Assembly: GCA_010356995.1 (NCBI GenBank)
Contig: ML996709.1
Coordinates: forward strand, 138,606-202,605
DNA length: 64,000 bases
From: Trichodelitschia bisporula
Lineage: Eukaryota
Direction: 5' to 3'
Positions 1 to 16,473 of this stretch are shown here, in pieces. Position 1 is the first letter of the stretch. Each line of letters begins with the position of its first letter. The notes below the pieces were generated by a model. The model was not told the origin of the DNA. It made no database searches and saw nothing but the letters and a program-made list of their open reading frames with translations. Both the position numbers and the translations under genes were made by a program.

Positions 1-384
1 TCTCCCCTCCTCTCATCTTTTCCCCTCTTGTCTGTGTCGTGCAGGACGGACCGGGAGCAGGGACATGGTATTTTCCGTTTACAGTGCCGATGCGAGGGAC
101 ATGGATGAGGGGTTGAGGACGGATGAGGAGGAAGATGCCGACCCGCACTGCACGCCAACACCGCCAGGGCAAGGGGGGGATAGCCATGGCCAGAATGAGG
201 GCAAGAGAAAAAGAGGCCCGGGCGGACATCGTTGGAAGAGGGTTAATGGGTTTGAAGCCTTGCCGTGCCCTATTATTCCCTCCTTCCGACGACTGTCTGA
301 AGCGCGGTGTTCTGTTTCAACCCTCGGTCGGGCCAGAACTAACGGCCTTTCTTTCTTAGTTCCATCGGTGGGTTTTGGAGGGAT

Positions 385-411
385 TGGGGGGGGGGGGGGG
401 GGGGGGGGGGG
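385..411. repeat. Poly-G homopolymer (about 27 nt)
   Basis: Uninterrupted G run seen directly; a similar poly-C run lies at about 1155-1175. Confidence 0.9.
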
Positions 412-3400
412 AGGACGGTAGATGGCGCGCTTGTGCAGGTGCGTGGCTGGTGATTCAGGGCACGTCAACCACGCTGCGTCGGCCGGCGTGTGATACGTAC
501 CAGCGTGCGACGTACGGTACGCACGTATCGGGTTTGCTGGGCTAACTACCGTATGGGAGCCTCGTGGATTGGGCGCGCGGAAAATGGGCCACCGCGAGCT
601 GCAGCTGCATGTTAGCCGCCGAGGGAAGGGAGGGGGCGGGGAAGGCCGAGACGAGGCAGGTTGAGGCCGAAGTCGTAAGGCTTGAGGTGAAGAGTTTACC
701 CTTACCGGGCTGGAGTTGACAGCCTGATGGGGCTTGTCTGGCATTCCCTGATCTCGGTGTTGGGTTGCTCCAGACGTCGGCCGTCCTCGACTTTGGAGTG
801 ATTAAGTGTTCACTCGGTTTGATGCTTTGGCTGACAAAAACGAGGCTAGAACTAACAGTTGCTCCATACTCAAGAGGACATGCTGTCGGCTAATCGAGGC
901 GAGTCTCGTGGTCGGCGATGTCGTTAGCCTCACAACCTTCAACCTTGCCCGCTTCACCTTAACCCAGACAACGCAGACATCGACCATTGTCCATTGTGCC
1001 GAATCCCAAACAGTTTCTCCCTGTTCTTTCTCTCTACCGTAATTATTCCTACGCTCTCTTAATAATCAACAATCATCAAAGCTTCATCCTTGAACGCCAA
1101 ATTCCTAGTCTCCAATCCCAATCCTTCCCGGTCCCTCCCTCTCTTCAACCTTCTCCCCCCCCCCCCCCCCCCCCCGGACATCAATCAACCCCGCATATTC
1201 ATATCTGGTAACAAAAACCAACCTCCACCCCTACCCACCGGTCCATTACCGAGCACCTAGTTGCTCGTCCCGTAGTAGGAAGAGGAGAGCCACAGCCCTA
1301 TCGGAATCTGCGTCCTTTTGCTGTTGATGTGTGTCCGTGTGCCTCAACCATCGGGGTCAATGCTCAAGCAGAGCTGTACAGAGACAAGTGAGTGGAAGTG
1401 TGAGGAAAGCGCCCGCCGCCATCCCCAACCCCTCCCCTCTCCCTCCCCCCATGTCCATCGCGACTGTCATCGCCATCCCATCCCCCTCTCATACCCCGTC
1501 CTACCCCAGTCTTCACCAGTCCTTCTCCCCCCCCCGCCCTCCCTCTCCCTCTCCCTCTTCCCTTCTCTTCTTCTCACCACTCGGTCTCTCCGCATCATAT
1601 CATCCAAGCCCCGCCACATCGGGTGTGAGCCGGCAAAGAAGGCTTTGGCGCAGGCGTCTTGAAGCCGACCCCAGAAAAAGTAGCCGCATCACCGGTATAT
1701 GCCGCCAGGAACAAACACAAGGCTTGGAGTTTGGAGTTCGGTGAAGCCCTTTTGCCTGACCAAGTCGCCTCGTCTTGAAGATCGGGCCCGGCCCAGGCTG
1801 CCAAACTCTTCCAAACTCTCGTAGGAATATCGACCGGTCGACATATTGTTCACACCCACTACCACGACGACTTTCAGTTAGCTGCGTGTTGCAATCCTCC
1901 GCCCTACGCGGCGTATTTGGCCTGCTCACCATCTTTTGGCCAAGCGGCAAGCTGCAGTGTTCCCGACCTGCCTCACTTCGTCCTCCATTTTTACCTCCCC
2001 CCCCACGCACAATTTGCTCCATCAACCCCAACAGCACACACTATCAGCTCTTGGTGTTACCGCTGGAAACTGACTACTGCCAGTGGGCGATTGGCACCCT
2101 GATAATCGGATCTTCACCGAAAGGATTGTTTTCCCCGGTCCCTCCTCTCAGCAGAAGACTCGGCTAGTGTCTGCAGCCTGTCGTCGTCCCCGGCCACCTA
2201 GTACATAAGTGGCAAACTCCGAGAAAGCTGTCAAGGCATCCGGAGATCTTGGTTGCCTTGTCTCTCACTTCACCTGTCGTCCTGTCATTGCCGCGATTCT
2301 TCTGGCGTCAAACACCGCACCTCTCCATTCGTCTAGCTAGGCCTCAAATTCGCAAGTGGCATTGACCCAGCTGTCTACCAACCCCTCCACCAGATCCTCC
2401 ACTGAGAATCTAAGAGGACGTCCGGGGACGCAATCCACGCTTCGACCTTTTTTTCCACGTTACCTCTCCGCGCATGCACCACGAAAACTGCTACTGTCCT
2501 ACAGGACTATCAATATGCTGGATCCCGACCGTTGAATGTCTGTGCGAGCCATTCTGCCCCCCTCCGGTTTCCTGACAATTCGGCTGCGAGTCTGGACATC
2601 CGTCTATGAAAATCCAACCTATTGTCATCAGTCAGCTTCTTCAGACGGCACGGGATACCGCTTACTCGAACCCCATTCGACCTCGCCTTCTGCCCTCCTG
2701 CAACCGCCCGGTGCTGTGGATCCCGCAGCTCTTCAGCATCGCCTACCCTCCCGACCCGGCCGGTCTTCCGCGAAACGAACCCTCAGAGCACGCACGCGCA
2801 CACCCGCATCTCTCTCTCCCGCCTCCGCCCCCCACCCTCCTGCTTTTTTCGTACTCCCCTCGACATTCGATTGATTCCGTTTCGCCATCCCACGTTACGC
2901 AAAAACGTGAACTGCAGCGCCTTTCCATCCGTCTCGCGCAAGGCACTCCCTGCCTTCTAGCGTCGTGCCATCGCAGAAAGAGGCAATTTTTGCCGCGGCG
3001 CGCGAGCGCTACCCGTCGCTGCCGTCGAGCCTCTTCACGGACTGCCCTGTACCTGTTGCTGCTTGCGGGCCCGTTCCGTCCCGGTCATCTCAGCCGATTC
3101 GCCGCCGGATTCTAGGCCTCGCCGAGATCTACTGCGATCTGTTTCCTGAGTGTGTAACGGCACGGCCGATTCCTACAGATTAGGCCCCACCTGTTTTGGC
3201 TCCTGTCATTACTACTCCTTCTCCACGAACCGCCAGTGCGCCGTCACTCTCCGTGGATCAGAAGCTGATGAGTGATAGTCCTACCATCAACATTCCTTTC
3301 CCAGCGCTTTCCTGATTGCTGTTGTTCTGCAGAATCTGATCCTTCTTGCCAGTACACCGACCAGGAGCACGCGCTTCCGCTTCCCTGTCCGCAACCTCCC

Positions 3401-3841
3401 CGCCCTGCCCACCGTCATTTACTGCGGCGTGTTGTGGAAGGTGTCTGCGCTACACAGCAGCGAGAACCCCCCGTCCCTGCCATCTTGCGTTGCCGAACTA
3501 GCGAGCGCCACTCCCCTGTAGCGAGGTCATCTCGTACACGATTCCGGCTGGCTGTTCTCCTCGGATAGAAGCGCGGCTTTCGGAGGCGGGACTGCGATCT
3601 TGACCGCGTCCTGTGCCATCTTCAGACAGGGATACAGGCCTATGCAGCGGCATTGAGGCAACCGCGAAACCTTGTTCCTTGCCTGTCTAGTCCGAGTGGA
3701 GACGAGTGACTAGTGGTTGTGCCCAAGAGTTGGATATCTGTGTCTCCCGTCCTCCCCCCGCTCGACGATCTCTCTGTGTGCCTCCAGGAGGAAGGGCCAC
3801 GTGGAGGAGGAGCTTTTCGTTGCTCGTGGTCATAACCGTGA

Positions 3842-6875
<3,034 letters not shown>

Positions 6876-8351
6876 CGTATTTCTTGCTATGGAATGGATT
6901 GAACGGAATGGGAACAGGCGTTGCTGTGGAAGGCATGGAGGCTCGGACTGCGATATCTTGATTGTGACGGCGCTCTTGGTCTGGATATCGGCTATATGTG
7001 GGGGATGAAGGGCATGGGATGGATGGTATGGGGTCCTGTGGGCGTGCATTTGCTTTTTGATTTTGGGACGGAGCGCGGGCCGGTGCGGTTGGACTGAGTG
7101 GATCTGTGGATTTGATATGTTTGCGTGCATCTGGATGTTGGGAGCGGCATATCCTCCCCGTCTGGTTGTGGAAAGCAGGTAGAGGATAGAAAATCTGGCG
7201 TGAGCGCCATTTGGCTACCTGTTCCTGCGAACGAGTGAGCGGGGCGTCTCGAACTGCTCACCACTGGTCTGAGGGGAGTGAATGTTTGCTCCTCACCCAC
7301 GCTACCGGATCGCCTGAGGTCCAGCGTTCGTCGCACGCGGCCTGTGGCTGGCGTACGGATCTAGTGCATCATGCCGAGTTGTGCGCCGCTTGCTAGTGTC
7401 CCGGCTTGCCGGATGGTGGTTGGGGTTGGTGTGCTACGGAGGAAGGGTTTTGCTTTTGATATGGGCTGGGATGGGGGTTTTGTGGTCCCGCTGATGAAGA
7501 CCTGTTGAAACGGGGGGAGGTTTACGGATGGAAGACCGTTATAGCCAAGGACTATGCTCGGGCTTTTGTAATCGATGGTTCGAGGGAGAATGGCATTCGC
7601 CGATTCGGGGCATCCTCTCAGCTCGGGCCGCGCCGCTAGAGTGGGGGCTCCGGCATGAGAATGGGGTAACTCGGCAATTGAAAGCGGGAGACCAGCCAAC
7701 TCAAGAAGAGTGGATAAAGTGACAATCTTCTAGCTTGCAAAAGAAGCAACCCTCAAAACTGAAGCCACGAACGTCCATGTCACCTGACCTTCCAACCCGC
7801 TCGTCCCGTCCCGCGTGCACGTGCCATGATGACACGCAGCTAAGCAAAGCTTGGCAGAGCTTGTTCTCGTTGCTAACGGGGACGGCGGGGTCCGTGCCTT
7901 GGCAGGATGTGGGGGTGACGTCGTTCGATCCTCGGGGGGGGGGGAATGTGGGCTGTGTGGCTGCTGCGTTGTGCGGGGTTCTTGATTCGGGTTCTTGATT
8001 CTTGCTGGAGCTGATGAGGGGAGGGGAGTGGAGTGGAGGGATGCACTTACTTTGTTTGGGCTAGGGTTATTTAAGAGGGTGGGAAGGCGGGGTTGAGGGG
8101 TTTTAGCTGATTCTCTTCTTCTGCTTTTGTTCGGTTTTTCGTGTGCTGTCGTCTCTCACGTACCTCGAGATTCCTAAGCGCCTTTCGAACGAAATCTTCT
8201 TCCTAGCTTTGCTTTGCTGTTTGTATTGCCATTCACGCACCGCTGTAGTCACAAACCTTTGCGGTTACCACCACCACAGCTCCACACACAGCTCCACCTG
8301 CGAACCCTGATCTCCACCTAGAAGCCTACCCCGCGCCCCACAGCTTCCAAC

Positions 8352-10098
8352 ATGGTGCACGTTAGCCAAGTGGTGAATGATGCCGATCTCAACAAGTCCC
8401 TTGGCCCTGGCCTCGAGAACCTGAACATCGAAGACTTCGGCAAGAAGGACGAGTACCATACTTCCGTGTATGGCTCCCACTATGCCACCCGCGAGCTGCC
8501 CCGCTTCGAGATGCCGGAGGAGGAGATGCCGCGCGAGATTGCCTACCGCCTTATCAAGGATGACCTCAGCCTGGTGCGTAGACACACCTGGTGGATTTTT
8601 AGCTCAAATGGCATACTAACGCACTCCTCAGGATGGAACCCCGACGTTGAACCTGGCGAGCTTCGTCACGACGTACATGGAAGACGAGGCGGAGAAGCTC
8701 ATGATCGACGCCTTTCCCAAGAACTTCATCGACTACGAGGAATATCCCATGTCGGCCCAGATCCAGAACCGCTGCGTCAATATGATTGCCCGGCTGTTCA
8801 ATGCCCCCGTCCACGAGGAAGAGTCCAATGCCATGGGCGTCAGCACCGTGGGCAGCAGCGAGGCCATCATGCTCGGCGTGCTGGCGATGAAGAAGCGCTG
8901 GCAGGCGAAGCGCCGCGCCGAGGGCAAGCCCTGTGACAAGCCTAACATCATCATGAATGCCGCTGTGCAGGTGTGCTGGGAGAAGGCGGCGCGGTACTTC
9001 GACATTGAGGAGAAATACGTCTTTTGCACGGCGACGCGCTATGTGATCGATCCCGAAGAGGCGATTTCGCTGATTGATGAGAACACCATTGGCATCTGCG
9101 CTATTCTCGGCACGACCTATACTGGCGAGTATGAGGATGTCAAGAAGCTGAATGATTTGCTGGTTGAGCGCAACATCGACGTCAATATTCATGGTGGGTT
9201 GTGCGTTCCTTGCCCAGTGAGCTTGCTGACGGTTTCTAGTGGATGCGGCTTCGGGTGGCTTCGTTGCTCCTTTTGTGAATCCCGGTCTACAGTGGGATTT
9301 CCGCCTGCCCAAGGTTACGTCCATCAACGTGTCCGGCCACAAGTACGGCCTGGTCTATCCAGGCGTCGGCTGGGTCGTCTGGCGTGACCCGGAATACGTC
9401 CCCAAGGAACTCATCTTCACGATCAACTAGTACATCCCCCCTCCCCCTCTCAAGTAAGCACTAACAACCTCAGCCTGGGCGCCGATCAGGCCTCTCTCAC
9501 CCTGAACTTCTCCCGCGGCGCCTCGCAGATCATCGGCCAATACTACCAGCTCATCCGGCTTGGCAAATCGGGCTACAGGGCCATAATGTCGAACCTGACC
9601 CGGACGGCCGATTTCCTAGCCGCCGTGCTCGAGAAGCTGGATTTCATCATCCTGTCCCAAGGCGGTGGCAAGGGGCTGCCGCTCGTCGCCTTCCGCCTCG
9701 ACCCCGCCAAGGGGCACCTGTACGACGAATTCGCCATCTCCCACCAACTGCGCGAGCGCGGCTGGCAGGTGCCCGCGTACACCCTCCCGGTGGCCAAAGA
9801 GCCCGGCGCCAAGCCCATCAAGCTGATGCGCGTGGTTGTGCGTGAGGATTTCAGCGCTGCGCGAGGCAGGGCCCTCATTGAGGATATCAAGCTTGCGCTG
9901 GGTGTGCTGAATGCCATGGATCAGAAGAAGTTGGATGAGCATCGGGAGCATGTTCAGAGGTCTGTTCTTGCGAGGTGGAAGACGACGGGCCATCGCAGGA
10001 GGGTTGATGAGCATTATGTTGGGAAGGGGAAGGGGGTTAGCCAGGGGGAGCAGGCGGAGAGTCCGCTGGTGGGGGAGAAGACGAATGGGGTTTGTTAG
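8352..10098 (+). CDS. GAD1: Glutamate decarboxylase (PLP-dependent group II decarboxylase)
   Basis: [38 protein letters not shown] and the [13 protein letters not shown]-lysine motif. Introns at about 8575-8631, 9194-9239 and 9430-9473. Confidence 0.96.
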
Positions 10099-10749
10099 GC
10101 TGTTAGCTGGGGTGTGGCATGGGTAGAGTAGGCGTGCAAAATGAGGTAGTGCTTTGATGCGCCGTTGCGACTGGGCGGATGACCTTGGAGATATACGCTG
10201 TTGTGACTGTGGTGGTGCTGAGCTGGCATTGTGCTGCTGCAGATGTTCTGAGCACAGCCACACAGGTTAGAACTAGCCTCTCGGCCCTGAGTGATGTCAT
10301 TTCGAAATTCCGGGGAAGATGATGGGAGCAGAGCTATATTACACCGGCAAAGGCAACTAACTGCGTAAACTGAAGATTTCAGTAGAAGACAGAGAGAGGA
10401 AGAGAGTCAGAGACTTTTCGGGAATATGTACACAAATGTCCTTCAATGCACCTTCCCTTAGCCATGAGCACATTACATCATGTTTCCTTCCTTAGATAAG
10501 TATGCTCCTTCCTAACGTAGCAATGCTCCTTCCATAACCACACTAGATGGGGCCCGCAGTTGCGAATTGTGCAGTGTCGGCCCGAATTCGGGCTCAGATG
10601 GACTTGGATGAGGTCTTGATCCGGGAGTCGGGTTCATCTCAGGAACTATTGGGCCGGGCTGTCAGTCACAAGGCTAATTTCGCCGAGCTCAGCCTGACAG
10701 ATCTCCAATTTCCTCATCCTCTACCTCGCGCCCCCATCAGAACCCACCT

Positions 10750-13206
10750 TCACGCCAGAACGCCAGCTACACACCCCAACACACCCGCTCCCACCCCCCG
10801 ATCCTCCTCACCGACGGGCAAAAACCCGCATATGCGTCCATCCACTCCCCTCCTAACCCCCGTAGATTTCAGCACCCCACCATCCTCTCCCAACCCAGCC
10901 AAACTCGCCACAACACCCTCCCAATCCCCCAAAAACCCATGGCTTCTCACATCCCCCCCTTCCCTAACCCCATGTCCCAACGTCACCCCCCCAACACCCC
11001 CAACAACCACACAATGCGCCTCCGGATCGCCATCCCGCTCCAAAACAGCCGAATACACCGGCCCAACGTAACTCACCCACCCCTCCGCCACACGCGCCGG
11101 GAATACCCATTTCCCGCCCCAGCGTACGGGATGCCACGGTGTGACGAGCAGCCCGCGCCCGCCGAGTACAGCGAGAGGCTGTGACACGAGCGTCTCCAAG
11201 ATAGCGACTACGGCGCGAGCACCGCGCGGCGTGTGCACCGCTGTTCCCGGCCGCAGGTTCGCAATTGGGATGGTAGAGCCGTTGGCTAGGAGGACGGGAC
11301 TGGTACCCGCAAAACACGGCCCATAGCGCCCGCCAGTGTGCAGCTTGTGCATGATGCCAGCGGGCGGAGCCGGGGGCGGGGTAGAAGACCACGCGTCGTC
11401 GCCCTGCACGAGGCGCGAGGCCGTCGGGGGCGGGAGATTATCGAACGCGTCATCGAGGGCATCGCGGCATTTTATAAAGAGCGGAGAATTAGCCCCGTAG
11501 GCCAGCGGGCCCGGGTCCTTAAAGGAGTTGCACATCTGGTTTGCGTGGGCGTTGAGGAGGGAGGGGAGGAAATGCTGGCCCCAGCGGTTGTAGTGCGTGA
11601 TTTGGAGGGCGAGGCTGATTTGGCCTTCTAGGTCTTCGAGGAGGGGGGCGGTTAGGGGGGTGGAGGGGGGGGTGTAGCGCTGTAGGAGGGCGGAGAGGGA
11701 TTGGTCAATGTTGGCGTAGGCGGCGAAGGAGGGGGAGAGGAGGGTGCCGTGGTCGCCGTTTTTGAGGTAGGGCATTGTGGAGCGGAGGAAGGCGCAGAGA
11801 TCGGCGCGGAGGCTATGGTATGTTACTTCGTGAGGCGGAAGGTCTGCAGGGAGGGCGAGGTCTCCCGCTGCGGACGTTGAAGTCTCAGTACGGTCAGGTC
11901 CTTGGTACACAAGCGATGCGTATACCTTGGTGGGTGGAAAAAGCGATTCCGCGGGTTCGGCTGCGCTCTCAGTGTTCAGAAGGATATTCCGGGCCTGTCC
12001 GTACTGGACGTTGCCGATATGGATCGTCGCACTAGAACTCCTCGCGGGCTCTCTCGTGAAATCGTCCCTCCATTTCTGACCTGGTTGCAGTTGCCAGCCA
12101 GCGCGCTCGGACAGTTTAAGCCCATCTGAAGCATTGACGGTCAGGGTAGCCTGAGAACAGAACGTCGACTGCAGATTCGCGACGGCATGAACGAATACGG
12201 TTCCCTTGTCATTATCAGCTTTGGACTTTTTGATAAACTTCCATACATACAACCATCCCGGGGTCGGGAATAAAGGCGTAATTGCCGCCCGTGATTTCTG
12301 CAATGGACTTGAGGAGTCCGGAGCGGATTTGATACCCAAATCCGAACGTGTGGATCGGAATTGAGACTTCATTCTTCCATAGCTTTGTCACATAGCCCTG
12401 AGGGGGGCACCTAGTTTGGTTAACGGGTGTTAAGCACTGTATGGTGACGCCCACATGTGGTTTGGCTGGCCATCGGTCAGCACCATCAACGCAGGCACAT
12501 TGTTTGACCTATCAGAGTCCTCAAACAGTGATAAGCCCTTCATAATTCCATGCCTGTAGATGAACTTAGTTCAGCCAGTAACATGTGAAAAGACGAACCA
12601 GAGGTTGGTTGAGTTGGCGACCTTCAGAGCGTTTATTTTGGCTATGGCGGCCGTCTTATTCTCAGGACTCATCGGGAGCAACCGCGTAATAATCTGTTCG
12701 GAATCAGACATGACGAGAGCAGACACACTCCAACTCACATCCGCTTGCGTCGAAAAAACCACGATACCGAGACGGTCATTTGCGTCAAGCGTCTCAATGA
12801 TAGTTTGAGCAGCATGTCGAGTAACGTCCAAGATAGTAAGCCCAGTACGCTCGACATCTTCGCCCTTTGCAGTTGGTATCTCGGCCGCTTTGGACATGGA
12901 TCCGCTGACATCGATGGAAAGTACGATATCGCAGGGAACATGATTGAGCGGGGAAGACGGAGCTCGCGGCGGCGTGATTCGTACCAGAACGCCGGACTGC
13001 TCGGGAAGAGTATGGACCTCGAGCTTCAAGTCGTCATCCTGAGGTTCCGTTTGAGGTTGAAGAAGCGCCAAACCTGCAACGGAAGCGTCACACATGTCGT
13101 AGTCGTCTGCCATAGGAGCGTCAGAGCTCCCGGTGGAACTCTTTCTGGTGACTTGCTGGGTCAAGAGTTAGCAACTGATCCGTAGTTGAGATGTTGAACT
13201 TGCCAT
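10750..13206 (-). CDS. VWA domain + Vwaint + C-terminal Hint domain (Vint-family) protein
   Basis: MIDAS motif DVSGSM and VLTDGQP; IHTFGFGYQIRSGLL; Vwaint-like YNRWGQHFLPSLLNAHANQMCNSFKDPG; Hint start GPCFAG and block-B-like VTPWHP; VTLGHG near the end. About 5 introns. Start is either ATG 13206 (via a GC-AG intron) or the internal MADDY. Confidence 0.88.
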
Positions 13207-14967
13207 ATTTATGGACCTTCAGGCTGCCGAGCGGTATGCACAAAGAGTAGCACACTGATAAAAACTCACGGCAAAGCCAGGGCGCTGGCTATTTGTGTTG
13301 GCATCATGTTGCCTGAAACCCCCGATAAGCAAGGCGGATTAGGTAGGCCCTGGTACATTCGTGAAGCCCCCACATCTAAAGCAGCTGAATGTACGCAGTA
13401 AGCTTGCAGGAAGAGCTAGCTAGAGGTCGGAGAAGAGGTCACGATAGGTGATGCCCAGCATTGGCGTTGATACCGGTGTCGGTGTCACGGCGCCGGACTA
13501 ATCAGTAAGGTTTTTGATTGGTATTGATCAGCCAAAGAGAAGAGAGGAGTGGAAGGAATGTGGAGGTTTCATCGTGGCGGAGCCAGGCACACCAGGTCGG
13601 CACTCCCGGCACAGCCATAGATTGCGCCACCCCCGCATTTCAGGCTGACAGCGGGGACTTTACCTCCTCCAGGGGACGGACACTGAGCAGAGGGCATAGG
13701 GTGATATGATCGCACGTCTGGCTTTTTACGATCTTGGCTGGACCAATATGAAACTACTCTTGTTTCCTTCGAAGGATGACGGGCAGGTCCGAAATGCTAC
13801 TACAAGACGTCGTCTCAATTCCTGCCACTTTCAACGGAGGAGCCGAGGAATACGAAGGCAGCGGATTCACCTTGTCACAAGTCAGTTCAGCTGTGAAGGA
13901 ATCAGTTAAAGAGAGTATACCGACGCTCGAAATGACCATGGAGGGGCGGCTGGTGGCTTTCTGTTCCTCTTCGCGGATGCCCAAGGTTCTTGCAATCGGG
14001 CGCCCATCACAGATAGCATGGGTGCTGGCAAACCATCCTGCTTCACGCTATCCCATTGCGATTCGGAGAGTCTTGATATTAGCACCGCTTCATCTTCCAT
14101 GACCCTCGGCGCTTCGTCAAACGGAAAGGAATTACGACAATTACGATGCCTAGTTCTGGCCCCGCCGGAGCACAGCAACGTCAGCCGATGCCCCAGCCTC
14201 GATATATAACCAGCCACACGGACAACGAGCCACGAAGTGGGATTTAGTCGCCGCAATATATGCCGTGGGGTAAGTGTGGCATGAAGATATGGCGTAGCTC
14301 GAAGCGCCACAACCCATATCCGCACGCCTATATTGAGGGCCAAGCAATCAAGCCGACACTCCCCCGCTCCGCAGTCTCCCCACATGTAATCTCAACGGCC
14401 AATTGCGCTGCATAGCGTTCGGAGGGGAGGGGCACAGCCGGGGGCACTAAACCGCGCGCCTAGTTTAGTTCCCATCATGATCCTTGGCATCAGGTACGGC
14501 TGGCCAAAACGCAGTCCGAAGACACCATGTGCGTCCCAACAGTGACGGAGATAGAACCCCCCACACTTCCAGCCCCATCGTCGACTGGGATTGAAATGAC
14601 ATCTCGAGCCCAGACTGGTGCCGAACGGGCCACACAGCCACAGGACTACGGCTGTTCCCGGAGGCGCTCCGGCGCCAACCCTGCTACCCCTCAGGCATCG
14701 TGGCGAGCACCCCGCGCCAAGGGCATCAATTGGCAATGGCGTCAGTTTCGGAGGCTACAAGGGCGCGATATGCCCTATGCCCCGCACTGGCGTCATCCTA
14801 GCTGTCCGCGGCAAGTCCCAACTGGAGAAGGCGCGGAGGTAGGCGCGGGGCATGTGGTTCGATGAGTATAAGAAGAGCTAGCACCAGCCCCGACCTGCTC
14901 CCCTCAACAGCACCAGCACTTCAACTCCTGACCCGAACTCCAATCTCAACCCCAAACCAGTTCAATC

Positions 14968-15388
14968 ATGTCTAACTTCCACGCATCTGCCGAGCACGAT
15001 TCCGTCCGCGTCGATGAGGGCCGCTACCTGCGTGGCCAGCTCCGCAATGGCAATGGCGACTTGGTTGATGCCGAGATCAACCTGAATGACGTCCTGGGCA
15101 ACGACAACGGTTACTTCACCTGGGGTGGCCAAGGTATTAGCAACGCATCCCGCATTCGAGATCATGCTAACTTGGCTGAAGGCTTCGCTGACAGCGCCGA
15201 GAACGTCACCTTCTCGTTCGAGGGCGACGGCGTTCCCATCCTCCGGGCCGAGCTGCGTGATGCCGAAGGCAACCTTCAGTACCGTGACATCAACCTGTCC
15301 GAGCGTATCGGCAACAATGATGGTGGTTTCTACTTCGAGTGTAAGTATGGGAGACCTGTGCTAGCACCGTGCTAACGTTCGTGCAGAG
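14968..15388 (+). CDS. Cyanovirin-N homology (CVNH) domain lectin-like protein
   Basis: Two internal half-repeats F(H/A)xSA..LR(G/A)(Q/E)LR..G..INL..(L/I)GN..G.F typical of CVNH. In-frame 48-nt intron near 15134-15181; second intron 15341-15386 splits the stop codon T|AG. Confidence 0.9.
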
Positions 15389-16473
15389 AGTGACATCAAG
15401 GTACGAGTTGCCTTCTGTAGCTCCTTTCGGTAGCGACCAATGAAGCAACCCGATTTCCGTCAGTAGACTACTCCTGAAGTACTCAGCCAATGAGCCACTT
15501 GAAATACGTTGTGTTGTGATTGCGTCAAGTGCTCCCCTCGTGCGGTGTTTCCAGATGCATCCATTAAATTATTGCCGCATCACACTTCGCCTCAGGGCGG
15601 AGAACTTGGTTACTGAGATTGCCAACCCTAGGCGGCCATATACTTCGCGAGATGAGGACTGGGAGTCAAGTCGAGACGGGATCAGCCCATTACCCGGGGT
15701 GGCGGAGGGAAACAATGATGAACGCAGCCAGCATGCCCATAGGTAGATTAAACGGGTCAGCCGGCATTGTACACTCGAGACCTGAATGATATGCAATCCT
15801 GCTGCTGGCGTGAAAGACTACGGAACGAGCACCATGCCGCCGAGTTGAAGTTGTCCAGACGTGCCAGAGTATCGAGCAAAACACAAGACGGAAATATGCT
15901 GTTCCCTGCGAAGTGCGCCACCTGTGCCACAAGCTGTGTGGCTGTTTTCACCCGATGACGTCTGCTTCGTGCACCATTCATTCCATGACCTCAAATTCCA
16001 CTTCATCCCAGCTTTCCAAAACCATCCGTTTCCATTCTTTCCTTGAATACCCTTCTCGGACCCCTCCCATTGGCCGACGCGATACCGAATGTGCCCATGC
16101 AATTTCGCGTGATGAGCTGTTGTGATGGAATGTCTAATGTAGTTCCTGAGAAGTATCGAAGGCGAGCATTGTCACCGGTGAGGCGGAACTTGATGATCTG
16201 CTGAGGTCCGACGTGGAGTCACCACTTGACGTGTGAGTACTAGCCGAGAGGAAACGGAATCTCTTGTGCTTTCTCGTGTTCTGCCAAGCGTGCATGGGAT
16301 GCGGCCTCATTCTGGACGTACGACACACGAGCGGGTATGGAAAGCCCCAATACCCCACCTGAAAAGGTCCGTCAAGTCACTAGGCCTCGTCCAGGCCTGC
16401 CCGATGTAGGGAATTCTCTGGGTCGCCTAACCTCCCTTATCAGCCACTCCGGGCCGTGAACGGTAAGGCGTGG

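Noticed and set aside
79..3568. Pro/Ser-rich ORFs of 100-220 aa
   Set aside because: Arise from homopolymer and pyrimidine tracts; no recognisable domain or exon chain.
10750..11330. True protein-splicing intein
   Set aside because: No endonuclease motifs and no His-Asn/Cys-Ser-Thr C-terminal junction with a host C-extein; the architecture fits Vint.
13500..14870. Short ORFs between the Vint and CVNH genes
   Set aside because: No recognisable motif, no convincing ATG start or splice pattern.
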